DNA from: Vulcanimicrobiota bacterium
GTDB lineage: Bacteria; Vulcanimicrobiota; Xenobia; Xenobiales; JADMJV01
Assembly: GCA_050250895.1 (NCBI GenBank)
Contig: JBFWNU010000001.1
Coordinates: forward strand, 160,001 to 224,000
Length of the DNA stretch: 64,000 bases
Reading direction: 5' to 3'
The notes beneath the pieces are model-generated. The model was not told the DNA's origin. It ran no database searches and worked only from the letters and a program-made list of their open reading frames with translations. The position numbers and the translations under genes were made by a program. This document shows, one piece after another, positions 51,662 to 61,871 of the stretch (its first letter is position 1; every line of letters begins with the position of its first letter).

Positions 51662-52052
51662 CTTCGTCGACGCTGAGACTAAAGGCCACAAAGCCCAACG
51701 GCAGGGGGTCTCCGGCCCGCCACAACTCCAACTGATAGTTCTCGATGGGCCGTTCCTGGTCGGGCGGCGTCACGATCACCTTCTGAGCTCCCGTGATCGC
51801 CTGCCGCAAGACGTTCTCGCGCTGAGTCCCCCCGCGTCGCAGGCGGGCTAAGACCAGGTGGCCCTCGCCGTTGTAGTCGGTCCAGACCTCGAGCGGCTGA
51901 CCGGCCGGAAAGACCTGCTGGCTACCGTCAGCGATCCGCATGGGAACGCGCGGTTCCATCGTCGTCTCACCCGGCGTGAACTCGGGAACCGGCGGCTTTT
52001 GGGGACCACAGCCGGCCAGCATCAGGACCAGCAGCAGCCAGCGAAGCCTCAT
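51633..52052 (-). CDS. Putative lipoprotein
   Basis: MRLRWLLLVLMLAGC lipobox; overlaps the upstream gene. Confidence 0.75.
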   Translation of the reverse strand: MRLRWLLLVLMLAGCGPQKPPVPEFTPGETTMEPRVPMRIADGSQQVFPAGQPLEVWTDYNGEGHLVLARLRRGGTQRENVLRQAITGAQKVIVTPPDQERPIENYQLELWRAGDPLPLGFVAFSLSVDEVTNATPAPK

Positions 52053-53242
52053 CCCTGGCCTTTCTGGGCCAAAACCTCGTCGAGGAAGCTCAAAATGGCC
52101 GTGGCGCCTTGATCACGCACCGCCGGAACCTTGTCGGGCGAGGGCTGAAAGGCGGTGCCCAACTCGAGTCCCATGCTGAGCATCCCCTTGGCCTCGCCAA
52201 AGGCGGTAATGTCGCCAGTGGTCGGATAGAGGTCCGGGATGGCCAGCGGCGTGTAAGGAACATCCAGTTTGCCCTGGATGCGGGTGGCGATGTCGCGATA
52301 CATCTGCTGGCGCTCTTCGCTCTTCACTCCGGGAAAGAGGATCAGACGGCCGAAAGCGTGCACGTCGAGGGCGCCGGCCAGGTTGGAGTGGGTCTCCATG
52401 AAGTCGGTCAGGGCCCGGCTCTCCTTTTCGCTCACGGCGTGGGGACCCCGGAACGTCAGGTTGAAGGGGTCGTCGCTGGCGCCCAAATCATCGCTGGTGG
52501 TGTCGGGGGCGTCGCCATAGAAACGGAAATCGGCTGAATAGTTGCGATTGAGGTCCACTCCCACCTTCTCGCCGTTGACCGTGCCGCGATTCTTGCGCCA
52601 GTCTGGATTGGCGTTGCGCGAGAATTCGTAGCCGTCAGGATTGGACATCGGTACGAACCACAGCTCGAGGTTGTTGACCCGGCGGGCCATCTCGGGGTCG
52701 TTCTCATAGCCTTTGAGCAGGCGCTCGGCGGCCTCGGTCACGGCCTGGTTGGGAGCCCACTCGCGGGCATGTTGACCACCCACTACCAGCACTCCGGGCT
52801 TTTCGCCGGTGGGTCCCCGGCCCACCCGCAAGGCCCACAGAGGGCGCCCCTCTTCACTGATGCCGATCTGCTCGCGATGAGCCAGGTCAGGAAAGGCGGC
52901 CTCGAGTTGTTCGAGCTTGGATTCGATCTGGGCCGCGCTGGGATAGGCCTGGGCGTAAGGCGAGGCCAGTCCCGTCAGGGCGTGCTTGAGACCGAAGGTA
53001 AAGTCGGGCTGGTCGATCTGAATCGGAGCCAGATCGGTGTCGGGGCTGAGAATCTCGTCAGAGGAGACGACGCCATCGCCGTCGGCGTCCATGGCCCGAG
53101 CCATGGGAGTGAAGCGCTCGAGAATCGGCACCTGGGTGTCGTTGAGGATGACATGGTAGCGGTCGTGGGGCTCACCATCGACCGGGGCTACCGGCCGTTG
53201 GGGAAGGTGAACAGGGCTGTGACAGGCGCGATGTACGATCAT
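52049..53242 (-). CDS. M14 zinc carboxypeptidase with EF-hand-like N-terminal loop
   Basis: QHAREW, NPDGY, WRKNR, GVDLNRNY, DVHAFG, LELG; DADGDGVVSSDE. Confidence 0.92.
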   Translation of the reverse strand: MIVHRACHSPVHLPQRPVAPVDGEPHDRYHVILNDTQVPILERFTPMARAMDADGDGVVSSDEILSPDTDLAPIQIDQPDFTFGLKHALTGLASPYAQAYPSAAQIESKLEQLEAAFPDLAHREQIGISEEGRPLWALRVGRGPTGEKPGVLVVGGQHAREWAPNQAVTEAAERLLKGYENDPEMARRVNNLELWFVPMSNPDGYEFSRNANPDWRKNRGTVNGEKVGVDLNRNYSADFRFYGDAPDTTSDDLGASDDPFNLTFRGPHAVSEKESRALTDFMETHSNLAGALDVHAFGRLILFPGVKSEERQQMYRDIATRIQGKLDVPYTPLAIPDLYPTTGDITAFGEAKGMLSMGLELGTAFQPSPDKVPAVRDQGATAILSFLDEVLAQKGQG

Positions 53243-53288
53243 AGGTCCTCCGTGATGGAGACATACTACTCAGGGTGTGCCCTGCTGG

Positions 53289-53421
53289 TGTTTCAGACAT
53301 GTTACGGAAAGGCCGAGTCGGGGCGAGCCTCCCTATTCGCAATCTCGCCAAGAAAAAAATTTTCTATCGAGAACGGACCATAGGAAACACTCTGGCAACA
53401 ATAGTCCGTTAATATGTAACA
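53289..53421. promoter_or_regulatory. 11-bp-period NNAACA direct repeats in a divergent promoter region
   Basis: Minus strand GTAACA-N5-GAAACA (53289-53305); plus strand GAAACA 53384, GCAACA 53395, GTAACA 53416. Confidence 0.55.
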
Positions 53422-53438
53422 CGCAGGAGGGTTTATCT

Positions 53439-53930
53439 ATGAGAGTCAATGGTGCTTCAACACATCCCCTGGCGCGGTGCGGGCTGGTCGGGATCCCGAG
53501 CCGCGATGGCCTGATCGCCAAAGAACAGCCCGAGGGCCCTGTCAGCGCCAACCCATACCATGATGTCTGGCTCGATCCGGATCCTGACGCCACCAAGTTC
53601 AAAGTGGTTACTGCCCCGATGACCTCTGAGCTCAAGGGCATTCTCGAGCAAACGATCATGGGTAGTCTCCGCCAGACCTGCCCGTTCGGTGATTTCGCCA
53701 TACAGATGGCCAAATTAGACGCCGAGAACCTGGAGCGGGCCAATGGAGTGGCTTATGAGGTCCCCCTTGAACAACCCAAACCCAGAGGCCTGTTTGGCGC
53801 TTTGAAGCAGGCCGTCTTCGGGCCTGATCAGCGTGCTCCCGAGGCCTGGCTGCTCGTCGATGGTCAACCGATCTGCGACTACAACATCGCCCAGCAAAAT
53901 CTGCCACCACGAGCGCGCCTGGAAAGTTAA
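53439..53930 (+). CDS. Hypothetical protein
   Basis: AGGAGG RBS with ATG; 163 aa. Confidence 0.7.
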   Translation: MRVNGASTHPLARCGLVGIPSRDGLIAKEQPEGPVSANPYHDVWLDPDPDATKFKVVTAPMTSELKGILEQTIMGSLRQTCPFGDFAIQMAKLDAENLERANGVAYEVPLEQPKPRGLFGALKQAVFGPDQRAPEAWLLVDGQPICDYNIAQQNLPPRARLES

Positions 53931-53957
53931 ACGGCGCCGCCCGCCGAACCGGGCGGG

Positions 53958-55592
53958 ATGAAACGCTGTCTCGCCTGGTTCTTGTGGTTGGGTCTGGTCT
54001 CGTCGGCCCTGGCCGCCCCCGCTGAAGTCGTTCTCTATAATGGCCAGATTGCCACCATGGATCCGGCCCGCAGTTGGGCCAGCGCCCTGGCCATCGACCA
54101 GGGCAAGATCTCGTGGGTCGGCTGGGACCCGGCCGACCAGATCGGCCCCCACACCGAGGTCGTCGACCTCGAAGGCCAGATGGTTTTGCCCGGTTTTACC
54201 GACAGTCACGTTCACCTCGTGCTCGGCGGCATCGAGGCCGACCAGTGCCCGCTAGCCGATAGCCCCGACGCGGGCACCGTGTTCGAGCGAATTCGCACTT
54301 ATGCCCAGAACCACCCAGACCGGCCGTGGATTCTCGGCTCGGGCTGGGACACCACCGAATTCGGGCCCCAGGGACCGACCCGCCAACAGCTCGACGAGCT
54401 GGTTGGCGACCGGCCGGCCTGGCTCTACACTTCGGACGGTCACTCGGCCTGGGCCAATAGTAAAGCTCTGGAATTGGCCGGCATCACCGCCGCCACTGCC
54501 GATCCTGCGGCCGGCCGCATCGAGCGCGATCCAGAAGGCAATCCGCGGGGAGTGCTGCGAGAATCGGCCATGGCGCTCATGGAGAAGGTCGTGCCCGCCA
54601 CCACCGCCGCCGATTACGAGAAGCACCTTCCTGAGGTGATCCGTCTGGCCAACAGCTTCGGCATCACGGCCGTGGACGAGGCCAACACCAGCGAGCCCAT
54701 GCTGCAAGCCTACCAGGCTTTGGAAAAGCGAGGGGAACTCCACCTGCGCGTGCTGGCCTCACTCCAGGTCGACATGCCCCTTGACCTCGACAAACTCAAG
54801 GCACTGCGCCGCCGCTATGACGGCCCCCGCCTGAAAGCCACGGCGGCCAAGTTGTTTCTCGACGGGGTCATCGAAAGTCGGACGGCGGCTTTGCTCGAGC
54901 CGTATCTGGGCGAGGGGCCCCAGGGTGAGCTCAACCTGCAACCGGCCCCCATCATCGCGGCTCTCGACGGGGCGGACTTTCAGGTGCACCTGCATGCCAT
55001 CGGCGACCAGGCTGTGCGAGCCGGCCTCGACGCCTTCGCGGCCCTGCCTCGACGCGACGCCCGCCACCATATCGCCCATCTGCAGTTGGTCCATCCCGAC
55101 GACTATGCTCGCTTTCGCCAACTGGGAGTGGTGGCCAACATCCAGCCGTTGTGGGCCTTTCCCGACCAATACATCACCGAACTTACCGAGCCGGTAATCG
55201 GACCCGAGCGCTCGGCCCGCCTCTATCCCTTCGCCAGCCTCTTCAACGCTGGGGCGGTAGTAGCGGCGGGTAGCGATTGGAGCGTGTCGAGCCTCAACCC
55301 CCTCGAAGCCATCGAGGTAGCCGTCACCCGCCACGACCCCTCGGCCCCCGCCACCCCGGCCTGGCATGCCGAGCAATGCCTGCGGTTGACCGAGGTGCTG
55401 GCGGCCTACACCAACGGAGGTGCCTGGGTCACCTTTCAAGAGCGGCAGCGCGGCTCGCTCGAGGTGGGCAAATGGGCCGACCTGATCGTGCTCGACCACA
55501 ACCTCTATGAAATTCCCCCCGAGCAGATCTCCGAGACCAACGTGGTCTTGACCCTGCTCGAGGGGAAGGAGGTCTATCGCCGACAGCCGTGA
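53958..55592 (+). CDS. Exported amidohydrolase (YtcJ-like, Amidohydro_3)
   Basis: Signal peptide; PGFTDSHVH, KLFLDG, HAIGD, AGSDW, GSLEVGKWADLIVL. Confidence 0.92.
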   Translation: MKRCLAWFLWLGLVSSALAAPAEVVLYNGQIATMDPARSWASALAIDQGKISWVGWDPADQIGPHTEVVDLEGQMVLPGFTDSHVHLVLGGIEADQCPLADSPDAGTVFERIRTYAQNHPDRPWILGSGWDTTEFGPQGPTRQQLDELVGDRPAWLYTSDGHSAWANSKALELAGITAATADPAAGRIERDPEGNPRGVLRESAMALMEKVVPATTAADYEKHLPEVIRLANSFGITAVDEANTSEPMLQAYQALEKRGELHLRVLASLQVDMPLDLDKLKALRRRYDGPRLKATAAKLFLDGVIESRTAALLEPYLGEGPQGELNLQPAPIIAALDGADFQVHLHAIGDQAVRAGLDAFAALPRRDARHHIAHLQLVHPDDYARFRQLGVVANIQPLWAFPDQYITELTEPVIGPERSARLYPFASLFNAGAVVAAGSDWSVSSLNPLEAIEVAVTRHDPSAPATPAWHAEQCLRLTEVLAAYTNGGAWVTFQERQRGSLEVGKWADLIVLDHNLYEIPPEQISETNVVLTLLEGKEVYRRQP

Positions 55593-55939
55593 CCGCGGTG
55601 GTGCTTGTTGTGCCCACGCCCGCGGCTTTGTCCGTAGTTGTGGCCGCGATAGCCCCGATTGCTGTAGCCAGTGTTGCAGGCCCCCTGGTTGGAATAGCCC
55701 TGATTATAGTAACCCTGGTTGTAATAACCCTGGTTGTAGTTGGTCTGATAATAGCTATTCTGACCGTGGTTGCAATACTGCCCGTGCTGGTTGCAGTAGT
55801 AATAGCCCGGAGGGCACTGGCCTTGATAATTGCCCCTGTTACCGCCCAGGTCGAGCCGAATCTGAAGGCGCGGCTCCGCCGAAACGGCGCTGGTAAACAA
55901 GGCAACCATCAGAGCCAGAACGGAAAAACGAAACCCCAT
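55574..55939 (-). CDS. Small secreted Gly/Tyr/Asn/Gln-rich protein
   Basis: Signal peptide ending AVSA; tandem YNQGY repeats (15-bp DNA repeat). Confidence 0.65.
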   Translation of the reverse strand: MGFRFSVLALMVALFTSAVSAEPRLQIRLDLGGNRGNYQGQCPPGYYYCNQHGQYCNHGQNSYYQTNYNQGYYNQGYYNQGYSNQGACNTGYSNRGYRGHNYGQSRGRGHNKHHRGHGCRR

Positions 55940-56038
55940 GGTTCTAGTCTCCAAATGGATGAATCTCTCGGCCTCGCCGAGGATGCGGCGATTCTAACAG
56001 ACCGGCTCCGAGAAAAAATGACAAGCTCTGACAGGGCG

Positions 56039-57127
56039 CTATGGGATGAAGACGATGCCGAAGGGGTTGGTGCCCGCCTGGACCTGGCCGGCGAGCACAG
56101 GCAAACTGGTGGGACTGGCCACGGTATAGATCGAGACCGTTCGGCCGGCGTTGGAATGGGTGAGATAGAGCTTGCTGCCGTCGGCGGTACTGGTCAGATT
56201 GTGGGCCTGGGCGACTGGCGTGGCCAACGAACCGATGGCCGTGTCGTTGTTGAGATTGACGGCGAACAGACCATCGGGGTTGGGACCCGGCAGGCCGCCC
56301 ACCACATGGCCCGGGAAGTTGGTGACGTAGAGGCTCTGCCCATGGGGAGGCACCCACACCCCGTGCCCGCCGAGGATCGGTATCACATCGAGCTGGGCCA
56401 GGGTGTTGCGATTGAATACAAACACGTTGTCGGTGGACTGGCAGGCTACAAACAACCGGTTGTCAGTAGGATGCAAAATGACGTGAGGGTCAAGGCCGAC
56501 GTTGGCCCGGCCGACTTCGGCCAGGGTGGTGGTGCTGTATTTGACCACCACGTCCGGGCCGCCACCCCCGACCCCCAGGATGGTAGCGTAGGCCGCCTGG
56601 TCGTCGACCACGATATCATGGGGAACGCCGCCCAGCGCCTCGAGATCGGCCGGAATCTTGATGACAGCCAGGCGAGTGTTGGTGATCAGGTCAAAGACCA
56701 CCAGGCTCTTGTCCTGGCGGTCGATAGCCCACAACTGGGTCTGGTTGAGCCACATGTGGAAGACATCCATGGGAACGGTCAGAGTGGCCACGAACGAAAA
56801 GTCGTTGGCCGCCAGCGCCACGATGCGGTCGTTGGCGTCGTCGCCCACATAGATCCGATTCAAAGCCGCCGAATAGACGACGTATCCTGGCCGGGACGGG
56901 TTGGCCGCTGGCGGCAGCGTGATGGTGGCGAAAACCGTGTCGGTGCTGGCATCGATGACGGTGACATCGCCCGAGGTGCGATTGGCCACCAGCACGACCT
57001 GGGGTGGACGCTGCAGACCCGCCACCACGTTGGCCGAGCCTGTCGAGGCATCTTGCTCGTCATTGGTTCCCACCACACAGCCGGCCAGGGCGGCCAGCAA
57101 TATTAATCCCCAGGCTAAACGCTTCAT
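56039..57127 (-). CDS. YncE/YVTN-like beta-propeller lipoprotein
   Basis: LAGC lipobox; VANRTSGDVTVID; repeated PH.I/V blades; GTNPFGI. Confidence 0.85.
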   Translation of the reverse strand: MKRLAWGLILLAALAGCVVGTNDEQDASTGSANVVAGLQRPPQVVLVANRTSGDVTVIDASTDTVFATITLPPAANPSRPGYVVYSAALNRIYVGDDANDRIVALAANDFSFVATLTVPMDVFHMWLNQTQLWAIDRQDKSLVVFDLITNTRLAVIKIPADLEALGGVPHDIVVDDQAAYATILGVGGGGPDVVVKYSTTTLAEVGRANVGLDPHVILHPTDNRLFVACQSTDNVFVFNRNTLAQLDVIPILGGHGVWVPPHGQSLYVTNFPGHVVGGLPGPNPDGLFAVNLNNDTAIGSLATPVAQAHNLTSTADGSKLYLTHSNAGRTVSIYTVASPTSLPVLAGQVQAGTNPFGIVFIP

Positions 57128-57221
57128 CGTCCCATACCCTCCCTTGCAGACCTGGTTTAGGATCGAGTCCTAAAGACCTTTGTTTCACGGAAATTTCAAT
57201 CCGAGGTGGTATCTTGATCGA

Positions 57222-59924
57222 GTGAAACCAGGCGATTCACTTTTCTCGAACAGCTTCGTACCCGAATACGCACGACGCCCGCTGGAGCATTTTCGCGGCA
57301 CCGGCAAGATCGAAGCCGAGCAACCCGTGGACACCTTTTTGCCCGAGACCTCGAATGTCCAGGGCTGGAGTCACCGAGGTTTGATGCTCTGGGCCCGGGG
57401 CAATGACGAAGGCCCCCAGGACCAGGCCAAAAACGAAGAGGGAGTCTTCCAGGACCAGCGCTACACCGTTCGCTACGACGGCGACTCAAATCGTGGAAGC
57501 CTCACCGGGGTCACTCCCCAGGCTTTCGAGTTCATCGAGTTCGATGGTCCTCGCATCGACTATCTCAGGGTCACCCCCAACGGAACCCAGGTGGCCCACC
57601 ACATCAACCTCGAGCGGCCCGACCAGTCGACGATCCAGTTCTTCGCGACCCTGGAAGAGACCGAACCCACCCCGGGCAGCCCGGCCTGCGCCAGCCTGGC
57701 CAGTTCACTGGCTGCCGAGAACGGCAGCCTCAAGAGCATCTATCTCGACGGCCGGTCTCTGCCAGAGCGCCGGATGCAACTACTGTCCGAGCTCGGGCAG
57801 CAACTCGACAGCCTCGGAGCCGCCGAACTCAAGGCCCTGCTCGAGCGGCCTCGGGCCGATACCCCGCTGCGGTTGGTCCATGGTCTCATCGAACGAAGTC
57901 GAAGCGACCCCCGCGCCCGAACCGCTCGCGAGCTGGCCGGCGAGTGGTTGGCCCTCGAAGACTTGCCCCGCGCCTCGGCCGACGGCCTGACGCGCACTTC
58001 GGTGAACTATATCTCGCCGGCCGGCCTGCAGTTGGCCACGGCCGCCCGCGGCTGGGAGTTCGACGAGACCAGCGGTCTGCCTATCGCTGACAGCGTGGTG
58101 ATCGGAGCCGGGCCGGGTGGGCTAGCCTCGGCCTATCATCTTTCTGAGGCCGGTCAGCACACGGTAATACTCGAGGCCGGGCTGGCGGGGCAGGCCTTCT
58201 CTGACGGCCACGCCATGAGCGTGCATTCCTTGCGCACCAACAGCGCCGCCACCGACCTGATCTATACCAACGACAACCGCCAGGAGGGCATCGAGGTCTC
58301 GTTGGCCCAATCGCTGGGTCCGTCTCGCGCCCTGGCCCGGCAGGCCCGCCAGGAGTGGACCGAGGCCACCGGTCAGGGCTGGCAAGGGCTCTCGCCCGCC
58401 CACCAGAGCGAAGGCTTTCTGCCCCTCAATCGGTCCGAGTTCTTCGACCACATGGCTCGCCTGGCGCTGGGCCTGGCCGAGCACTATCCCGACACCTTCA
58501 TGACCGAGCATGCCCCCGTCTCCAGCGTCACCCGGCGCTCCGACGGTCTGTTCGAGGTGGCCACCGCCGTGGGTCACAAGCTTTTGACTCGCAGCCTGGT
58601 AATGGCCACGGGGTTTGTCGGCACCCACGGCGAGCATGCCCGAGAACTAGCTCAGTTCGAACAATTCACCCAGGCTCACCAGGGGCTCTGGCTGGCTGAC
58701 AATCACGACGAAATGGCCAACACCGGCGCTCTGCTCGAGGCGACCCGTCAACTCGAGCAGGGTAAGGTCGAGCACAACCTCGTCTGCTCGGACCGTCTGC
58801 TGGGCCAACCCGGGGTGCGCGACTACGTGAAAGCCTTGCCCGAGGGTTCGCACGTCGGCGTGACCGGGGGCGGCGAATCGGGCATCAAAGCCGTGCTCGA
58901 GCTGTTGCATCTCAACCCGGGCATCGGGGTGGAATACTACACCAGCGAGCCTCTCGAGGCGTATCAGACCCAGTTGCCGAGCGGACATCTCCACCCGGGG
59001 GTGGTGGAAGGCCTGCTCACCCACCCCGATCTGGCCGCCCAATCACTCGACAAGTTCAAAGCCTTTAAAACACCGGTGACGCCGCGCAGCCTGCTGAGCC
59101 TGTTCGAAGCCGAGCAACAGGGCCGAGTGCGGGTGCGCACGCTGGGGCGGCACTTGAGCCCGGACACCGTGGCGCTGCAAGAGGTCAAGACCGAGCGTGG
59201 CCGGGCCATCGGCCTGCGCGTGACCGATCCCGGCGTGCTCCAAAACCTCGAGAGCGAAGCGCGGCATTTTCAAGAGGTGGGCTTGATCGGGCCCGAGCGA
59301 ACCGAACTAGCGCCGGTCGAGATGATGGTCACTGCCGTCGGCTACGACGGGCAATCCATGCGGGCCGGCCCCCTCCTGCAACAACTCGGCGACCAGGGGC
59401 TGGTCGACTTCCAGGCGCGCACCACCGTTCCCGGCCTGGTTTTCAATACGGCCGGCTGGGTCGAGAACTCGGCCGACACCACCCTTCGCGGTCGGGCCAT
59501 CCGGGCCCGCCACATCGTCGAGCAACTGGGCGAGGTGCTGCCCCAGCGCGACCCGCCCCAGGACCGCATTCCCAGCGGCCTGTCCTGGTTTGGCCTCGAC
59601 ACCAATTCGACCGACCCTATCTGGCAGCTCGAGCCCGACACCGTCAAGGAGTTTCTCGATACCAACGTAGCCAACGTGCGCACCCTCGAGTTCGCCAGCG
59701 AGCGCATCCGAATCCAGAAGAACGAGGCAGACCGCAAGGCCGCCGAACTCGATCAGACCTCGAGCCTGGTGTTTCCCGACTTCTATCTGCAGACGCTCTA
59801 TCGCCGGGCCGCCGAATATCCTGATAGCTTGAGCCCGGCTGAGAAGCTGGTGCTCGAGCGCGCTCTTCTGGTCTCGCAGCGGAGCCATACCGGCCCCGAG
59901 CTGCTCAAAGAGCGCCTGAAGTGA
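57222..59924 (+). CDS. FAD/NAD(P)-dependent oxidoreductase (flavin monooxygenase-like) with unnamed N-terminal domain
   Basis: VIGAGPGGL, LVMATG, TGGGESG, TAVGY. GTG start 6 nt after an extended -10 (TGgTATCTT). Confidence 0.75.
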   Translation: MKPGDSLFSNSFVPEYARRPLEHFRGTGKIEAEQPVDTFLPETSNVQGWSHRGLMLWARGNDEGPQDQAKNEEGVFQDQRYTVRYDGDSNRGSLTGVTPQAFEFIEFDGPRIDYLRVTPNGTQVAHHINLERPDQSTIQFFATLEETEPTPGSPACASLASSLAAENGSLKSIYLDGRSLPERRMQLLSELGQQLDSLGAAELKALLERPRADTPLRLVHGLIERSRSDPRARTARELAGEWLALEDLPRASADGLTRTSVNYISPAGLQLATAARGWEFDETSGLPIADSVVIGAGPGGLASAYHLSEAGQHTVILEAGLAGQAFSDGHAMSVHSLRTNSAATDLIYTNDNRQEGIEVSLAQSLGPSRALARQARQEWTEATGQGWQGLSPAHQSEGFLPLNRSEFFDHMARLALGLAEHYPDTFMTEHAPVSSVTRRSDGLFEVATAVGHKLLTRSLVMATGFVGTHGEHARELAQFEQFTQAHQGLWLADNHDEMANTGALLEATRQLEQGKVEHNLVCSDRLLGQPGVRDYVKALPEGSHVGVTGGGESGIKAVLELLHLNPGIGVEYYTSEPLEAYQTQLPSGHLHPGVVEGLLTHPDLAAQSLDKFKAFKTPVTPRSLLSLFEAEQQGRVRVRTLGRHLSPDTVALQEVKTERGRAIGLRVTDPGVLQNLESEARHFQEVGLIGPERTELAPVEMMVTAVGYDGQSMRAGPLLQQLGDQGLVDFQARTTVPGLVFNTAGWVENSADTTLRGRAIRARHIVEQLGEVLPQRDPPQDRIPSGLSWFGLDTNSTDPIWQLEPDTVKEFLDTNVANVRTLEFASERIRIQKNEADRKAAELDQTSSLVFPDFYLQTLYRRAAEYPDSLSPAEKLVLERALLVSQRSHTGPELLKERLK

Positions 59925-59928
59925 GCGG

Positions 59929-60261
59929 TCAAATGATGATGCCCTCTCTCTGGATGTCCTGGGCGTAGAGGCGCTCGCCTCGCAGCAGGCCTTCGAAGTG
60001 TTCGCAGGTCATGCTCTGCGGCATCAGCGTAAAAGGCCACCCTCGCCCCAAAGATACGCTGGCAGCCACTTCGTGGACCCGCTCGCGGAGTTCAGCGCAA
60101 TTGCGCCGGGTCAGCACCAATAGGTCGAGATCGGAATCGGGCCGTGCGTCGCCGCGAGCCCGCGAGCCGTCCATGCGAACTTCGACCAGGTCCTCACCCA
60201 GTGCATCCTGGCAGCCGTGGCGAAAGGCCTGGGCCAATTCGAGTTCAAGCGTAGTCGGCAC
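59929..60261 (-). CDS. Minimal nucleotidyltransferase (MNT) domain protein
   Basis: GSRARGDARPDSDLDLLV, C-terminal IQREGI. The longer ORF to 60843 is a shadow of the next gene. Confidence 0.8.
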   Translation of the reverse strand: MPTTLELELAQAFRHGCQDALGEDLVEVRMDGSRARGDARPDSDLDLLVLTRRNCAELRERVHEVAASVSLGRGWPFTLMPQSMTCEHFEGLLRGERLYAQDIQREGIII

Positions 60262-60330
60262 CAGAGCTTCTTCGGCATGAGCGCCGAGGCGTCCTTGATT
60301 TCTGCTCGCCCACGACGTATGGTGGGGGGC

Positions 60331-61278
60331 ATGAAGATCGCCTTCTTCATAGCCGCCCTGTTCTGCCTGAGCCCGTGGGCCTCGCCGCCCATCGCCCTCA
60401 CGCTGGGTATCGTGCTGGGCTTGTCGCTGGGCAATCCTTATCCCAAGAAGACCGGCCCCTTCTCGAAGACCTTGCTGCAGATCGCCGTCGTATGTCTCGG
60501 CTTTGGCATGGATCTGGGGGTGGTCTTGCGGGCGGGACGCGACGGCTTGCTCTTTGCGGCCGTCTCGATCCTGGTCACGCTGGGGCTGGGCTGGTGGCTG
60601 GGCAAGGTGCTCAGTATTCATCCCCGCACCAGCGCCCTGGTCAGCTCTGGCACGGCTATCTGCGGCGGCAGCGCCATCGCGGCCGTGGGCGGCGTCATCG
60701 CCGCCACCGAAATCGAGATGTCGGTGGCCATGGGCACGGTCTTCATGCTCAACGCCACCGCGCTTTTCATTTTTCCCCCGCTGGGTCACTGGCTCGATCT
60801 CACCCAGTTGCAGTTCGGCACCTGGGCCGGGGTGGCCATTCACGATGTGTCGAGCGTGGTGGGGGCGGCGGCGAGCTACGGTCCCGACGCCCTCAACACG
60901 GCCACCGCCGTCAAGCTGTCGCGAACCTTATGGATCATCCCGGTGGCGCTGGCCTTTGGGGCCCTGCTCGGGCAGGGCGAGCCGGATGGTGAAGAAGGCG
61001 AGAAGGCCCCCAAGGCCAAGCTGCGGGTGCCCTGGTTCATCTTCGGCTTTCTGTTCGCCTCGCTGTTGCGCAGCACCGTCCCGATGGTGGCTGCGATAGC
61101 CCCTTACATCGCCCACCTGGCCCATCCCGGCTTGCAGCTGGTCCTGTTCTTGATCGGAGCCGGCATCAACCGCACCACTCTGAGCAAGGTCCAGCCTGCG
61201 GCCCTGGTCCAGGGCGTAATCTTGTGGGTGGTCATCAGCGTCGGCTCGCTGGCGGCCGTCACCCTGCTAGGCGCCTAA
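60331..61278 (+). CDS. YeiH family (putative sulfate exporter) membrane protein
   Basis: GTAICGGSAIAA, AIHDVSSVVGA, VKLSR, VPWFI; TTGATT-17-TATGGT promoter 7 nt upstream. Confidence 0.9.
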   Translation: MKIAFFIAALFCLSPWASPPIALTLGIVLGLSLGNPYPKKTGPFSKTLLQIAVVCLGFGMDLGVVLRAGRDGLLFAAVSILVTLGLGWWLGKVLSIHPRTSALVSSGTAICGGSAIAAVGGVIAATEIEMSVAMGTVFMLNATALFIFPPLGHWLDLTQLQFGTWAGVAIHDVSSVVGAAASYGPDALNTATAVKLSRTLWIIPVALAFGALLGQGEPDGEEGEKAPKAKLRVPWFIFGFLFASLLRSTVPMVAAIAPYIAHLAHPGLQLVLFLIGAGINRTTLSKVQPAALVQGVILWVVISVGSLAAVTLLGA

Positions 61279-61348
61279 CCCGGGGCTACCCCCTCTGCAT
61301 CCAGTCGGATCTGGTCTGGGCATCAGCTCGGTCTTTACCCTGAGAACT

Positions 61349-61867
61349 ATGGATATGCAGACCTTTTACCGAATTCTCGGCACCACCGCCGCAGTCTATT
61401 TCGGCGTCGTGGCCATGACCCGTCTCAACGGCCTGCGCACCTTTTCCAAGATGTCGTCGTTTGACCTGGCAGCCACGGTGGCGGTGGGTTCCATCATGGC
61501 GACCACCATCGTCAACGCCAAAGTGAAGTGCGCCGAAGGCATCTTGGCCATCGTGCTGCTGGTGGCTGCCCAGCGATTGCTCGCTACCCTGCGCGAGCAC
61601 GGCTGGATGGCCTGGGCGGTGGATAATCGTCCGGTCCTGTTGATGTGGAACGGCGAATTTCGGCACGAGGCGATGCGCCGTTCCCGGGTCACCGAAATCG
61701 ACATCTACGCTAAGCTGCGCGAAGCCAACATTCTGCGCCTGGACCAGGTGCGGGCGGTGGTGCTCGAGACGACGGGCGACGTCTCGGTGCTGCACGGTGA
61801 GGACGAGCCGGCCGCGACGGTCTTGAAAGACGTCAACGGAGCACCCGGCAACGATCCTCGTTCATAG
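61349..61867 (+). CDS. DUF421 family membrane protein
   Basis: GLRTFSKMSSFD, AVVLETTGDVSVL. Confidence 0.88.
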   Translation: MDMQTFYRILGTTAAVYFGVVAMTRLNGLRTFSKMSSFDLAATVAVGSIMATTIVNAKVKCAEGILAIVLLVAAQRLLATLREHGWMAWAVDNRPVLLMWNGEFRHEAMRRSRVTEIDIYAKLREANILRLDQVRAVVLETTGDVSVLHGEDEPAATVLKDVNGAPGNDPRS

Positions 61868-61871
61868 AACG

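Noticed and set aside
55589-57106. 505-aa plus ORF with a hydrophobic repetitive N-terminus
   Set aside because: Mirror of the YNQG-repeat gene and the beta-propeller lipoprotein on the minus strand.
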